A stretch of 64,000 nucleotides of DNA from the NCBI RefSeq assembly GCF_964355755.1, contig NC_092675.1:10287812-10351811 (forward strand), written 5' to 3'. The DNA comes from Antedon mediterranea. Lineage: Eukaryota; Animalia; Echinodermata. Positions 40,017-55,000 of this stretch are shown here, piece after piece; positions within the stretch are counted from its first letter, which is position 1, and each line of letters starts with the position of its first letter. A program made the position numbers and the translations under genes. The notes under the pieces are model-generated. The model was not told where the DNA came from. It searched no databases and saw nothing but the letters and a program-made list of their open reading frames with translations.

Positions 40017-42227
40017 TTCTGGCAAATGAAATCAAATGTCAATGTTTCATTTTCATGTGGCTACGCACAAATAGATTGACGTATTTATAGCCGAATGGAA
40101 CGTCGTAAAAACGAAACTTTGACTTTTGATTTGATGGACAGGAACCATGCCAGGACAGATGTGAAAGACCAATTTTAAGGGCCATTTTTTCTGGTCCTAA
40201 AGCTGAAAATGTCCTGCCAGGCCATTTAGAGAACTGACTAATACTGACCATCTTAAAATTGTTTATGTTTCAGAAGCAACACCAATAATGTTTATCAAGA
40301 ACTTTTTTTTCTTATTATTTTAATAATTTTTTAGTTATATTATATAATACATTTCATTTTTCCTCTTCTTTCGTCTTCTTCAAGCACATATTCTCTCCCT
40401 TCCATTATTCTACATGTATGTGTAAAATATAGTGAAGAAACAAATTTACTGCCCGCTGGTATAATTAAGTAAAATACTGCCAAAACATGTTTGTTAATTC
40501 TCACACTTAGCCTAGAGTGACAACTATTCCATCAAATCAATCATTTTTAGGAATCAATCGTGTGTGCTTTTATCTTGTTGTTTTTTTCGTTTTATGGTTT
40601 TTATTTTCAGTGAGCATCAAAATCAATGTTTTTTTGTTCTGATTCTAATTGTGCATAGTTCCCCCTGTTATACCACAGCATTAAGTTTTTATATTTTGAA
40701 ATAAAGTTATTATTATTATAAATCTATGTCGATTCTAAAAAAGTGATTGGCAAATTATACACAAACTTGAAGTATTTACATTCTTTCTGTCAAATTCTGG
40801 GTGTAATGTTATAAATTATACAGTGCAACAACAAAAGCACATACCCACTGCAGGCAAATAACACAGCAATCAATTTTGTAGACTTTCCCCTCGAGATTTC
40901 TCACTGAAAATATAAGTAAAAACATCAATGAAATTGGAATGTTTTAAAGTGTATATAAAAAAAATTATAACTCCCACACATAATGACATATTCAACTAAT
41001 AATCTTATTGTGTTTACATGGAGTTTGTTGTTTTGAAGTCTGAACACCGGTAATTATTCTCATTAACATGGCTGTTTCTAAAAGCTCTGCACTTTGAAAA
41101 TTAATCCAACTATAAAATGATTGGTTACTAGTTGTATACAAAATACTAAAAGACATTCACCCTCATAAACAAGAAGTACATCCTCATTAAACAATTTGTT
41201 TTTGCTTTAAGAAGTCGTAAGGAAACATTTTTAGTAAACATGTGCATCTTGCACATCAATTCATTAAGCATCATTAAAGAATATGTAGCTCAGTTAAGCT
41301 GGGCTAATCACAGTATTCTACAAATTAAAGTCTCTTAGTAGCAATTTATAGGCCGTTAAAATGATTCTTCAAATAATTAATTAGCTTTTTGACTTGCAGT
41401 TGAACTTGGACAGACCTGATGGTTTAATTTCAAATAAAAACAGATTTTAAAATTTTCAAAATCAGGAAAGTAATGTTTTTTTATATTATTTTATTTTATA
41501 TTGTGAATGACGTTTGATATTTAAATTTATGAAAAAAATCAATCAAGCCTAGATGTCAACAAGTGATAAATGGCCAGTGAGGTACTATAAAGAGACATTC
41601 GAGTGTGAATAAGTTGTATTCTATTACAGTACAAACAAAAACTTTACTATGGACTGTTTTGATCATAATTCAATGATTATCTGAGGGTGAATTATTATAT
41701 CAACCTAGATTGACAGTCAAATGGGAGTCATTATAAATACCGGCCTATATGTTGACAGCCAAAATAAAGTTTTGATTTGACAGTGAATTATTATAATACC
41801 GGCCTAGGTTGACAACAATTCAATTCATTTATTTTCCGGAAGACGGATTGTAGAAAAGTGACGAAGTCACTTATGTGAGTACTCTCCTTCTGGTGCAGAC
41901 AAAAACAACAAGTTAACAGCAAATGACAAGAAAAAGTCATTATTTATTTTGAAAGACTTTACAGATTACTGTCTACATGCATCTCAATAATACTGTATTA
42001 TCAGCAAATGTTTTCATAGACTGTCTTCTCCCAGATGTGCCTTGGGGTTTGTAATTTGAGCTTGACCCTGCCAAGTTTACAAAATTCCAAAACTGTCAGC
42101 CTCTAGAACTATAGCTTCCGTTTGATATAGCTTCTGAATGAGTATCTTCTGGGAATATAGCTGGCTAAATGTTATTATTAAAATACAGTTCAGGTAAATA
42201 ATTTTTCTTACAATCCAATTTGTAACT

Positions 42228-43055
42228 TTATTTTTTATTTTATTTTATTCAATTTCCAGGTAACATACAAAAATCATAAACAAGGTACGGCATCATTCAA
42301 CAAAACAGAACAAAAGTACTATCAGCACCTGCGGGTAACCAAAAGTGGATCAGTTCAAAAGAACTGCACTGTCGAGTGGCTTTCCCAACTAATAGTACGA
42401 ACAACGCAATAGACATAAAAACACAGTGATAGTCTAGATGAATTCGATATCAGTAATACATTTTTTCAAATCCCTTCTAAACCCCCCAAAGTTAAACAGG
42501 ACTTTGTTACGAACTTCATGCGGGATACATTCCCATATTCGAGGGAAATTAACAAACAGGGAGTATTTAAATGCATTAGTTCTAGCATACATGTGTTTAA
42601 AGGTGAGGGACTCTGGATACCGAGAATTAATTGTAAGGTATTCAAATATATCAAAATCAATTAAATTATGCAAACACTTAACTACAAAAATTATACTATG
42701 AAATTTCATTCTTTGAACCATATCTGGTAAATTTAGAATCTTAAGCCTGTCAGTGAAATCGCCTTCAACACACAATTTAGTAACCCGTCTTAATGACTTG
42801 TTAATAGCTATATTATGTTGTTTTTGATGTGGATCCCACACAGGAGCACCATATTCAATAACAGGTCGACATAGTGCATTAAAAAGTCGTAGTAAAATTT
42901 CGGTGTCATTGAAACCTACAAACCGTTTGATAAACCCAAGCATTCTCATAGATTTCATCGATACATCATTAACGTGAGCAGACCATGTTAAATCACGTGA
43001 GAAGTTAATACCAAGATACTATCACTCTTAATGTGCATGTGCAAGCAAACCTGTT
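42228..43055 (-). mobile_element. CR1/L2-group LINE 3' fragment
   Basis: ORF 42434-42958 RMLGFIKR...LFNALCRPVIEYGAPVWDPH...FKYSLFVNFPRIW; (TAAAA)n-like tail at ~42228-42250. Confidence 0.85.
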
Positions 43056-44726
43056 CATTTAAGCTATAAAATGTTTGGCTGTTAAAGTTACAATACTTAA
43101 CCTTAGTTTTACTTTTAACTGCACATGCCATTATCAAAATTGACAAAGTACACACTACACTATTGTAGAAATAATATAATGAAAAGACCAGAAGGCAAAT
43201 TAGCACTCAAAACCATATCAATGTCAGTCAATGCAATATAAAATGTTGTAGGTTTGAAGAAAATCAAAGTCAATGTTATTTATTAATGGTTCAGATTAAT
43301 GACTCAAATAGTGAACTTATGTGAACCTATCATGGCGCTGTCCTGAATGTACACTAATGTTAATTTTGTATAGTGTGTATTATGTTCTTATATATTTATT
43401 CGTTCTTTTTAAATAGTGTACAAAAAACAAATTTTCGATATGTTTTATTGGACCTAATAAATAAATGCTGTGAGAACAGCGCATATTATTATTATCATGG
43501 ATCACTACAAGATTAAAATCATCCCAATATCTACAGTATTTTAAGTACAAGAAAACTGATTAAGCATGATAAAGTAACCCTTCTCTGTACATAAATGTTC
43601 GCCTGTGATAAGATATAAAATTGTCTCCATTAATGCAAATTAATAGGAGTATAAGTATACCTGTAGGAGCAACAAAATATTTGAACGTTTTCTCATGAGT
43701 CATATATGAAAACATATTTTAATTGCATATTTGACGGTGAATTATTGATGTGCAAAGCATACAATTGATTGATCTTGGAACGAAACATCCCATAACTACA
43801 TCTTATTAATAACAATGTTTTAAATTCATAATGCATGCTTTGAAGACTAAATAAAATAATAAAGTGTTATATTTGTTAATATACTGAAAATATTAAGATA
43901 TTACAAGATACAAGAAACTTTATTTGTCTTCGTAAAAACAAAGAAATGTTGGTGGTCGGCAAATCCGATTACAAGATGCATAAACAGACTAAAAATGACA
44001 AAAAATGTATCACAGTAAACATTAAAATCTTTAAAAACGTATAGTTACATATTACATTCTAGAGACACCAGTGTTAAAAATATGAAAAGAGTTTGGCACA
44101 AAAGAATTTCTATTAAACATCGCACAAGTTTAATGTGGAACGTCAGCCATTTTGAAATACAATATGGTGGCTGAAAGAGTGGTCGAAAAAAATGGCACAT
44201 AACAGAAGACATAATAATCCTTACTATTTTACGTGGTGGACAAAGTCTAATAATTGACCTATAAGTATTAACCCTTTCATTGCGGTGCATTATTCCCACC
44301 TCTGTGCGTAATATATATTTAAGAAAAACATATTGTTGCTCCTATATAATACTTATGCATTAATGGAGACAATTTTGACACAATTAACCTCATCTGTATA
44401 TCAAGTGACTTTAGTTTAACCAAATGTCGTAAGATTTTATATTAAACGGCTCTGAAAAAAACCACCACCACCTCCTCTATTTTTTAACTTTGATGTTGGC
44501 ATGTAATTGTAAGCTATATATCGGTGTTTTGTCTACAATTTTATATTTAAATTAATAGAACATATTTTATTGATACTGTTACCAAAATGTTGATATAAGT
44601 ATTATGTTATGGCTAAAGATACGGTACCATATCCATACTTCTAAATCTAAAGGTACAGTCATTATAGAGGGTGCTATGTAAAGATAGATGTTAATATAAT
44701 AGGTTATGGCAATGGTTTTCAGCAAG

Positions 44727-44980
44727 CCAGCTGTGTGGCTTAGTGGGCTTGTGATGAGGCTATGGCTTAAGGGGTTGCAGGTTCGATTCTCTACTTGATG
44801 TTTTTTTCGCGCCGCGGCTCTAGCCCGCTACGTCCCTTTAGGACATAGTCTCTAGGAAGGCGTTTCATCGCGGTAGCTATAGTTCTAAGGCTGACAGAAA
44901 TGCGACTTTGGAAACTCGACTATAATTTATTATTTCCAGCTGCTAAGCCCAAAAAATGCCTGGGAAAGAGTCTATGAGGT
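44727..44980 (+). mobile_element. tRNA-derived SINE-like repeat
   Basis: A box TGGCTTAGTGG and B box GGTTCGATTC; downstream body has an inverted relative at ~42015-42165; no convincing cloverleaf. Confidence 0.45.
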
Positions 44981-46954
44981 CTCACGGTTGAACGATTTTG
45001 GATTCTCGCCTTTTGATTGGTTTGCAGTTTATCACCGCCTATTTTTGGAGATCATCTAAAAGTATGATGCTTTTTGATTGGAGTTTCCGTGACAACCTGA
45101 GGTGATTGACAATTAGATTGGTTTCCGAAGTGAAATAATGCAAGGGCAAAGCAACGATGTCTAGAACAAGTGTAGCTCGTCAACAATAACAAACAACGAA
45201 TTGAAACGAACAGAATTGGTGAACTTTCAAAAATCGTCTTCGTTTTTTCGGTAGGTTGATGCAATATTTTAAATCAAAGACACAAATAATATGAAAATAT
45301 AATGTACCTATTGTTGAAATGAACAGAAAAAGAAAATAGTAGGCACATGTGTTTCGATTCTCAATCAAGCCATATAGGCCTAGTCCATTTAGTTCCATTG
45401 TCTCTGGCTGAGGCTAACTTCGGACTGCCTGCAGAAGACTGTCAGTGGAATTTTGGCTTAACGGAGGTTAAATCTTATATATTTAATTTTAACCAACATT
45501 GATTATAATTATGATTAATATATTTGCTATTCATAACGTTCCGAATTAATAATATTAATAAATACACTGTAGGTACTTTATTATTTTTAAGTGTTTTAAA
45601 ACATATTAGTTTGAAATGCTCAACATCCCTATTATGGTAAATGAAATCGTCCGTACCATGAAAGTTAAATACATTATGGACAGGTCCACTTATTTTCAAG
45701 GGATATTCTGTGGTTATAAATGAATTTATTTTAATTATTTAAATTATTATTTATCAACAGGTATTTAATCTCTACAGTCATGAAAGAAAATATGAAAAAA
45801 ATATCAGAATCAAATTCTTCAATGAACACATGATGTAATTTCGACAGTTTGAAAAAGAAAATTCATCGTGCAAATAATTTTTACGATTCAACATATTTTT
45901 ATTTATTACATATTTCTATGGTTACAAAAACATATTTTTAATAAACATTTTGATTGAAAATTGTGTATTTATATTATACAATTAACTGGTGAAAAAATGG
46001 GCATGATGTGATTTATAATTTAATAACTATGTTAGATTTTGTGTATTTTTGCGATTAATCAACACATTTTTATTTTGTTGCACGTTTCCATGGTAACAAA
46101 AACATATTTTCCATAAATTATTAAAAATTGTGTATTTATAGTATACAATTAACTAGTGAAAAATGGGCATGTAATTCATAATTAAAGAACTATCTTTGAT
46201 GTGTATGTATCTCATTAAGAAGCTTTATCATACAGATTCCTCTCTTATCGTTCCAAATTAATTAATCAGTATTACTATTATAATAAATATCTTTTCACGA
46301 AATCCACATAAATAAATACACAAAAAAGTTGATTGATAATAAGTCAATTTAATTATTTATTTTTTACAAAATACAAAGGGCATTATTAGATTAATGAAGA
46401 TTGTTCTTACAACTGACCAGTCAAAAAGTTACACAGCGTTTTTTGTAAGAAATATTTCTTGTTTAGTTTTTAATTTAAGAGAGATTATTTAGAGGGTTAA
46501 GTTTTTAATATTTAGGGACAAGTTTTAATATTTAGGAAAAATTTTTATATTTAGGTACGAGTTTTAGGAATGCAATTTTACCGTACCTTTAGCAAACGAA
46601 AGCGCCCTCTATACTAATACCTACCTTTTAGTTTTTAGAAGTATGGATACGATACCATATCTTAAGCCGACTTGCCTTAGTGCCGACTTGATGTCGGGCT
46701 GACTTGACTTTGGCCAAGAATATTATTAGATTTATTTGTACTTTCGTTTATTTCAATCGCAAGGCGATCAACAGAAGATGCAAATTTTGTTTATACATCG
46801 TTTGCGAGGCTAACAAAAATTATTATTTTTGGCATATGTTGAGGCCCTACAAGGTAGGTAGGCCTTTTATTTAGCTAGGCCTAGATTTTAAAAACAAATA
46901 AAGTAGGACTTTATAGATAATATATGCCTTGCTAGGCCTAGCTGAGCTGGGTTA

Positions 46955-47539
46955 GGCCGCTGGAAATACATTACATGGTTCTTTTCAGCACTTATCAACA
47001 AATTGGTGAGGGATTTTTGTCAACGTTCATCTTTCATCACAGTATTTTAATTAAGTGAAATAAACCTTGAATGCAATAATGCCGTAGTAGGCAGAGAGGT
47101 AGCTAGGCACGACGATCGATCGCGAAATGTACGAGAGCAGCAGACCAAAAAAAACGCGGTAGACCTCGTTCTGATGCAAGGTATGGATATCGCGTGTGGA
47201 TATGACAAACACACGCTCACCGCCTGGACTAGAATACTTGGTTCCAAAATGAGGCTCAAAATACGGATTGATGGCGGTACGCGACGATTAATATACACAC
47301 TTTATGTTGCGAAATCGTGCGATCACATACACAATGGTTTGAGCGTTCACGATCGACAGGAGGCGAGTCGGATTTTCATAAAAGTCTAACAAAATTTGTA
47401 ATTTTCCCATATTTTCCCCTGTTTTTTCTTAACAAATACACAAAGATGAACTTTTTGGGTGCGGGGCCTAAAATCGCGAGCGGGCGCAGACGAGGGTGAT
47501 TCCTGACGAGAACCATTATGTAATGTATTTCCAGCGGCC
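46955..47539. mobile_element. Harbinger-type MITE
   Basis: TIRs GGCCGCTGGAAATACATTACAT / ATGTAATGTATTTCCAGCGGCC; TTA TSD. Confidence 0.85.
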
Positions 47540-48969
47540 TTAGTTTTTGGTTTATTATTTCATTAGTGTAGTCATTATTACCTTTTTAGGCCTAGCTAGT
47601 AGTACTAGTAGACCTATCTTAGGCCTATCTCATTATGATAATAAAAAAAAAACCAAAACAATTAACAAACATCATCGATTTTGTTTAAAATGCGTATTTG
47701 ACAATATTAAAATTGGGCCGAAACGTCTCTCTTTTTTTTTTTCTTTTTTTTAATGTCATTTCAACACATACATAATACAAAATACGAAACGTCTCACCTG
47801 GGACTCCCGGCCGAATCGTCCCGATACAAGTACTTTTCACCAAACAGAAATAACTTACCTGGCTAGGCCGCCTAGCCCGAGTAGGTAGGGCCTAGGCCTA
47901 GGCTAGGCCTCTAGTCTAATAATATCTAGAGTATAGTACTAGCCTAGCCTGCCCTCCTCCTAGGCTAGCCTAAGCTTTTGTGTAAAAAGAATTTCAAAAA
48001 AACCGTTTATTTGATATAATAATAAGAGATACATACAATGGGAGATCCCATACAATGTATACAATTAATTGCAAGTAATAAAGTGCATTAATATTATTCG
48101 TTTATTTGTATTCAACCTACCTACACTACAGCAGAAAGAATACTCGTGCATGTGGCGACAATGTTTTGATACGCGAATTGGACATGTGGTCAGGTTTATT
48201 GTATGGCACGCAAAAAGTGCCATCCAGTTTGGTTTCGTATTTATCTATCCCAAGATATCATTTAATAAAGATTAATTTCAAACAATGCATTTTTTGGTGA
48301 ACATTAACATTTTCAACAAAATATACAATAATAAATTCTAAAGTTTGCTGCTTTAATTTATTTATGTCATGTGTTTTTATACAAATGAATTTCAACAAAA
48401 TGAATAATTACAGCGCACATAAAAGTTATATTAATATCAAAATTGAAATAAATATTCCTATAAAACATACCCTATTAAATATTTGTTTTGACAAATGTTT
48501 TGTTGAAAGAAACAAAAATAGTAAATATATATTGCTTCAGTGATCATTATATCAACTGCATATTGTAACATATAAAATAAACATAATGATCAAATAAAAT
48601 ACTAAATAAATACACACTGAAACTGATAAGAAAATAAATGCAGCTACATCTATCTATTTAGCACAATGATTCAATGATACTGTAGCTGTATACAAATATA
48701 GATAACTTCAAAGCGATAGCCAGGTAAAGATAGAACTTCTTTTAAAGAATATAGTAGCATGAACATACTTTAATCTGAAAAGTCAGTTACAATTGTTTGT
48801 TATTTATCAGCTGATATTTCTAATATAAAAATATATAATTCTTAGTGTACTGTATGTATACAATATTCCCTATATGATATGTACGAAAGATATGTACTGT
48901 TTAATTAATATGACTATTATTTATCATAAACTGGATACCAAACTAGGCATTACTTGATGTATAAACAAG

Positions 48970-49064
48970 TTAATGCATTTTAATCTTGGCTATGAATGTC
49001 CTAATTTGCATTGGCGTCAACATGACACTTAGTGTGTCTGCTGAAACTGGCTCAGGCTTATAAT
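48970..49064 (-). CDS. MAN2B1: alpha-mannosidase terminal exon
   Basis: [31 protein letters not shown]-stop. Confidence 0.9.
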
Positions 49065-52000
49065 CTGTTAAAAAAGAAACACAAAATTTAATTAAAACCA
49101 ATTAAAAAAGATATTATTAGGTTTAAAAGTAGATTTACACCTAGCCTAAAATAAAATAGAATTTCAAGAGTTTTTTTTAAGTATAAGAATTTAAATTTAT
49201 AATTGTCTTCTAGTTCTTACCTGTTGGTACTAAGCCATCAGCTGTTTTCCATTTTAACCTCTTAGCTTCTGACAACAGTTGATTGCCACCTAACGTCATC
49301 TCCTGCACACTTATAATGTCAAAGTCAGCAAACAGACCCTAGAAAAATTAATAAAATTACAAAGAATAGAATAACAATTCTGAAATTGGTCAGATGTTTG
49401 CTCTAATCTGACGTAATTTTGTACTTTATAATGCTGTATGTACATTGAGAACACAAGTAATTCTCATGTGGGACTTGAAACCCATGACCTGCAGGCATTC
49501 ATACATCTATATCACTGATGGCTAGGTAGACATGTGACCAATTACTCAACTCCCTCATTCAAGGTACTCCATAGTAGTTAAATACTTCAATTATCATTTC
49601 TATATTCAGCAGGAAATTATAAAATAATATACAGATCTGGAAACTGTAAGTACTTTGGCATCCATGCTGTGTAAAGTGTCTTTCACACTGCTCCATTTCG
49701 GCTCCGGCAAATAATATTGAACTTCACCTATGTGCCAATCGATATGCGTGCTAGCCATGTTGTGCGTTGTAAAAACGAAACATCTATGTGCCGGAGCCAG
49801 ACAGGAGCAGATGTGAAAAATGCTTAAATCATGTTCAAATAATTGTAAATCTGAATATAAATGGGTCAAAGCCTTAATTAGGCTTATATTATATATCATT
49901 TAGCACCTCAAATACAATAGGTTACCTTACTATTTGTAGCTTGGCCCTATTTAGATAGTTAGATAGTTTTACCTTCAAAGAAACAGTAGCATTCTTTGAT
50001 AAGTCTGCATTGTCGGTCTTTTCATATTGATGTTCCAACCTCAACAACACTGTATCATCACCCCACTTCTCCAGGGTAAGGAGATGCACATTTTCTGGAA
50101 TTTGGTGCTGTAACAATGAACCCTATTAAAGAAATTTAAATGTAAGTGAACTGTAACATGACAGCACAATCAGTGCAGGTATTAACATTATTACAGACTG
50201 TGTAGCAGATGAACACATGGAAGGAAAATACTACTCTCAAGTCTCCGTAAACTATAAAACTACAGACAATACTTTAAAGATGTATTGTCCCTTGAAACAC
50301 AAAAAATGAAGGTCAAAATATTCTGAATTTAAATTGGCCATATCAAAATAATATTAAAGTTATTCACTTGAAGTCAAAAATTCGAGCCAAAAACAACAAG
50401 TTTACGTAATTAACAGGTAAATTAATTTGATTACATTTCGTCTGGAAAATTGTCGCAAGGGAAAGTAAACAAAGATTTCAAACCAAGAGTATGCATTATG
50501 CTTATTAGGATTGTTTACAACTCGTCACGGTTGAGGAGGTGTTTGTCTGTATTTCAGACTAATTTTTGGTGAAAGTTAATAACTATTATGATACTTCAAA
50601 ATGACTCACTTTAAACAAAAATTTTTTTTTCACATTTTTTTGGAATTAGTCAAAGGGACAATACATCTTTAACTTATACAACCATGCTACGACAATGTTT
50701 TGATACGCAAAATGGACATGTATATTGTCAAAAAATTCAACTATTTGTCTTCAATGTTGTATTTCTTGTTTTTATGCAATCACAATCACATGAATATTTA
50801 TAGATGGCAGATGCAGAAAATAAAAGTAAATCAAATCTAATTTCGATTGGAATTAGAAATATTATGATAATATGGCAAGCCATACGTTCAAATAAATGGT
50901 CCCTTTCACTAATTAATCCAAAAGCATGACTTAAAAACACTGTAAGAGAAAAATCACAAAAGGGAGTGCAGAAAGCATAAAGGATAATGTACAGACAAAC
51001 GGTAACTGCAAGCTGAAAACCATGTAGCTTGTTCCACGTAGATTCTGTATCTATCCACGTTTTGTGTAATGGTCATAAGGAATAATATAGATTCTATATT
51101 TTTATTACCATTACCGCTCGTCTCTGTAAATTGGCCTTAACTGCAAATAAACTTTTTGGAAAATGAACAGATACCCGAGGCAGATGATGATCATGAACAT
51201 CTTGGAAATACAGCATCAGATCATAGACCGGTTTGAAAATTCACATAGCATCACACATCGTCCAGACAGACCGAAATGGAAGAACTGCAACCACCCTCAT
51301 AATGAGGACGGTACGTAGTAAGTAAGTAGTATTTCAAGAACTCACTTTTATCTTTTTGGCCGTATTTGCTACTGCAGAAGGCATAAACATCACCATAGGG
51401 GCCATGTATAATTTCTCCCCAAGGCTTCTGTGCATTTTCCCAGCATCTGATGGCTTTGCAAGCTGTACAAAGTGCTTGCCACGCACCATCAATCCATCCC
51501 CAAATTGTCCAGATTCATTCAATGGTTCACCAACACCTCGATAGTCATCAACTAGTAACCTTCGATGTATCTGTCATAAATTAATGTTAATTTTAAAGTG
51601 ACCAAGTTTAGTATAAGTAAGTTTAGATATACCCTTTGTTTTTTCTAAATTTCGTTTTTATAATTAATTTGTAAGAATGTCAACTGTCGCTAAAACTCAT
51701 AGATGCATTTGTATGGATTGCTTAGAGTCTTGCTAAATTCTTTTTTCATAGTCAGTGAGCACCATTCAAATGTTAACATTTTAAAAATGGGCCAATCCTG
51801 ATGTATAAAAGTACAAGTAAACAAATAATCAATTATAATTCTTGGCTACTGCGTAAAAACACAATTGCTATAGTATAAGTAAAACATCTTTACCATAAGT
51901 TCAATAGATCCATTCTTTAAGGAACTACCACCTTGACTACGGTCAGTTAACACAGTTAGCTGTGCTTTAGGATCCTATAAATATGAAAATAAAAGTAAAA

Positions 52001-55000
52001 TATATAGTTGCTATGCTTCTTTTCATTAATGGATACAGTAACAAGAACATCGCCCAGGGTCAGGACACTCGATTATCAAAGCCTTAGGGCATATATTAGA
52101 AAATTGGCTAAAATACAGCATTTGTTTGTTAGAAAATGTTTGTAGTATATTAAAAGCAACAAACTATTCCAACACAATTGTTTAACCTACAATCAATTAC
52201 AGTTTTTTGTATTATCTTTTTAATTCTTATTTTGATAGGATATGATAGACAAATGTCTTTTTCTCTCGAGCTCCTGTGAGTACTGCTCCGACGAGCTCTC
52301 ATATGGAGTATGGAGCGGTGTAAATGGTTCCTCTGCTTCTTATTGAATTTATTGGTTAAATCTACCATTATTATTATTTATTTTCTGGTTTTTATTTATT
52401 TTATTTCTGGTTTATAAAGATTGTGTTTACCTTAATACAGATCCTGCTATTAACTGGATAATAATTGCCTGCAACTGGTTCTGTAATTTTGTAGTCCCAT
52501 GTGTCACGATGATTCAGCCTTAAACAAAATTTTTCTTTTATATTTATTCATCTATAATTTTACCATAAACTGTTGAGGGCCACAAACTAGAAGGCAGAGT
52601 TTACAAATCATTTTTCAAATAGCAATGTAAGCTTTTATACAATAGAACCCCTCCTTTGGGACACCCAAAGGCCACTATTAAGATTACACTTTCCCAATAA
52701 ATGAATGAGGGGAATTGTATGTTGGGGTTTTACATTTTTTGGTAAAATGAGGTTGACAGTAAACACGTTTGAGGCTAATCAATCAATCTCAATTCAAGTT
52801 CAAATCAATTGATGAAAATAAAAGTATACCGTCACATATACATAGACACAAACGAAGAATAGAAGTTTTTATCTATGGCAATACAAATACTTAATAATAT
52901 AAATATAAAATAATAAATACAGTAATATAAAAGTATGGGATTCTTACTCTCTTTTGATCATCTGTCTTCCATTGGCATCTGTGTAGAACATATTCTCTGA
53001 TTCTATATCTGAATCAAAACGACTAATTATTTCTTTGCCATTATTATCACTGAAAAAAACAAAATAGGTTTACTGCAAACGTAACATAATTTACTGTATA
53101 TATAGTAAATGATTCATTTTGTTTTATAACACACCTGATTGTATTCTTTACGCATCAAGTACAGTACGTACATAACAAAAAAGCGATATGATCTAATGGT
53201 AATAATTAACACACTCTAATGCATGTCTAGCTTTCTGTAAACAATTTGAGAATTTTTGCCATGCGACGTTGTTGACTGATTTAATAGAAAATCTACTTGT
53301 TGTGCGCGCCGTAAGTTGGAGCACCATGCCATGATGAATTGCCAAGCTTCCCAGCCTAGCATTCGTCAATGATTAACAATGAATAAATTTACTTAAAGTA
53401 GGTGTGTTATATACAAAAAATAATGAATGTTTTATATTCAATGAAAATGTGACTGCTCTATATTCAACCTGGCTCCGCCTCATTAAAAGTCAATCGAATA
53501 AAAACAAAAATAAATTTTTCAACGGATGAAATCTTCTCACCATCCAACTTATAAACATCTATTATTTGTATAATGTACAATGACACTGTTCAGGCAGGAT
53601 TTCATTTTTTTAATTTTTTATTTTATATATTGTTTTATCTAATTTTCTTTCAGAAAGTATTGCCATACTTGATTGGAATTGGTCCTACAGTCCACTCAAA
53701 CTCGGCAAAATCCTGGCCTTCTCGAATTCTCACCACTTGACTAAGCCATGGTTGAAACTGTTGATGAACCTCTTGGATGAGGTTACCCTGTTAAAATAAA
53801 GTTGCACTCAAATATTGATAGTGAACACAATGGGAATAAGTAGAAGTAGAATCCATCCATGTAGAAAACTATACATGGACACATACAGACAGACTCAACT
53901 CAATCTCAAGTGCTATACACAAAATGTGCACACTTATTACTTCTATCTACTACAACTATGTTCTACCTTTGAACCTTTGTCAATTCTATTGTGGTTATAG
54001 GTTTTCATGACCCATCCTTAACTGCTCAGCCACTCAATATTTGTGTTGTGTGTATTAAGGAAGCCTCTCAGAATAAGTAGACCCGTATCCGACGCGTCGG
54101 ACCGTCGGCCACGCGCGGCTATTAACCTGGATGAATAACCATAAACAGCGACGCGCCGGGATTAATATTTGGAATATTCCATTACCAATGGGTTAAGACA
54201 GCCATAGAATTGTTCTTTGTTGGTTACCGTATTAATGACTGATGGTAGTGTTTCACGCGGAGATCATAATATGTTGATCGGACAAAACAACAACATTTTG
54301 TTAAGGCTTTTTACGCTTTTATTATGCTTAAAATACGCCGTATTATCTAGGTTACGTCATACAATATTATTATTATTATTATTATCGATAACGTTAAATA
54401 TATGGTGAACAATGCTTGGCAAAAAAAATAAATAAATCACAGTTTTACCTCGTGATTGTTTTAATACTAGAACTAGGCCTACTCTACCGCCAATGTGGCC
54501 CACGAGGTTAAGGCATAAACCTGTATGTAGCGACTGCATTGCATGAATAACGATCAAAGTGCCGAATCTTGGCTGGCATTAATAACCTCGAGTATAGTGT
54601 TTGTTGTTCCGTGCTAGCTCAATACGCAAGTGGCGATTTGTTGACAAAAGTAACACTCGAGCTTCCAGAGAGAGTACATTACATTGTTTGTACCACGTGT
54701 GTTCGCCCTTCAATTCACTTGCCATATCGGCCTTTTTAAAAATCGTGTAATTCATTTGTACAACCGTAGACCTATGGGACCTTAATAGTATTAAAATTAT
54801 GTTTTTGTAGGTCTAGTAACAAATAATAAAACCAAAACAGAAAATAATTACAAAAGAATACAAGTCATAAAATTATATAGTTCATCATAATTATTAAATA
54901 AATATATATATATATACCTTCATTCAATAATTTGCCGATTTATTTTCAAAAACTTGTCAGTATTGTTTATCGAATATTATAAAGAATTCAATTATTAATT

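Noticed and set aside
44727-44800. Functional tRNA gene
   Set aside because: A and B boxes are present but the acceptor and anticodon stems do not pair convincingly; better explained as a SINE head.
44269-46500. piggyBac element from TTAACCC to GGGTTAA
   Set aside because: TIR similarity does not extend beyond a few bases.
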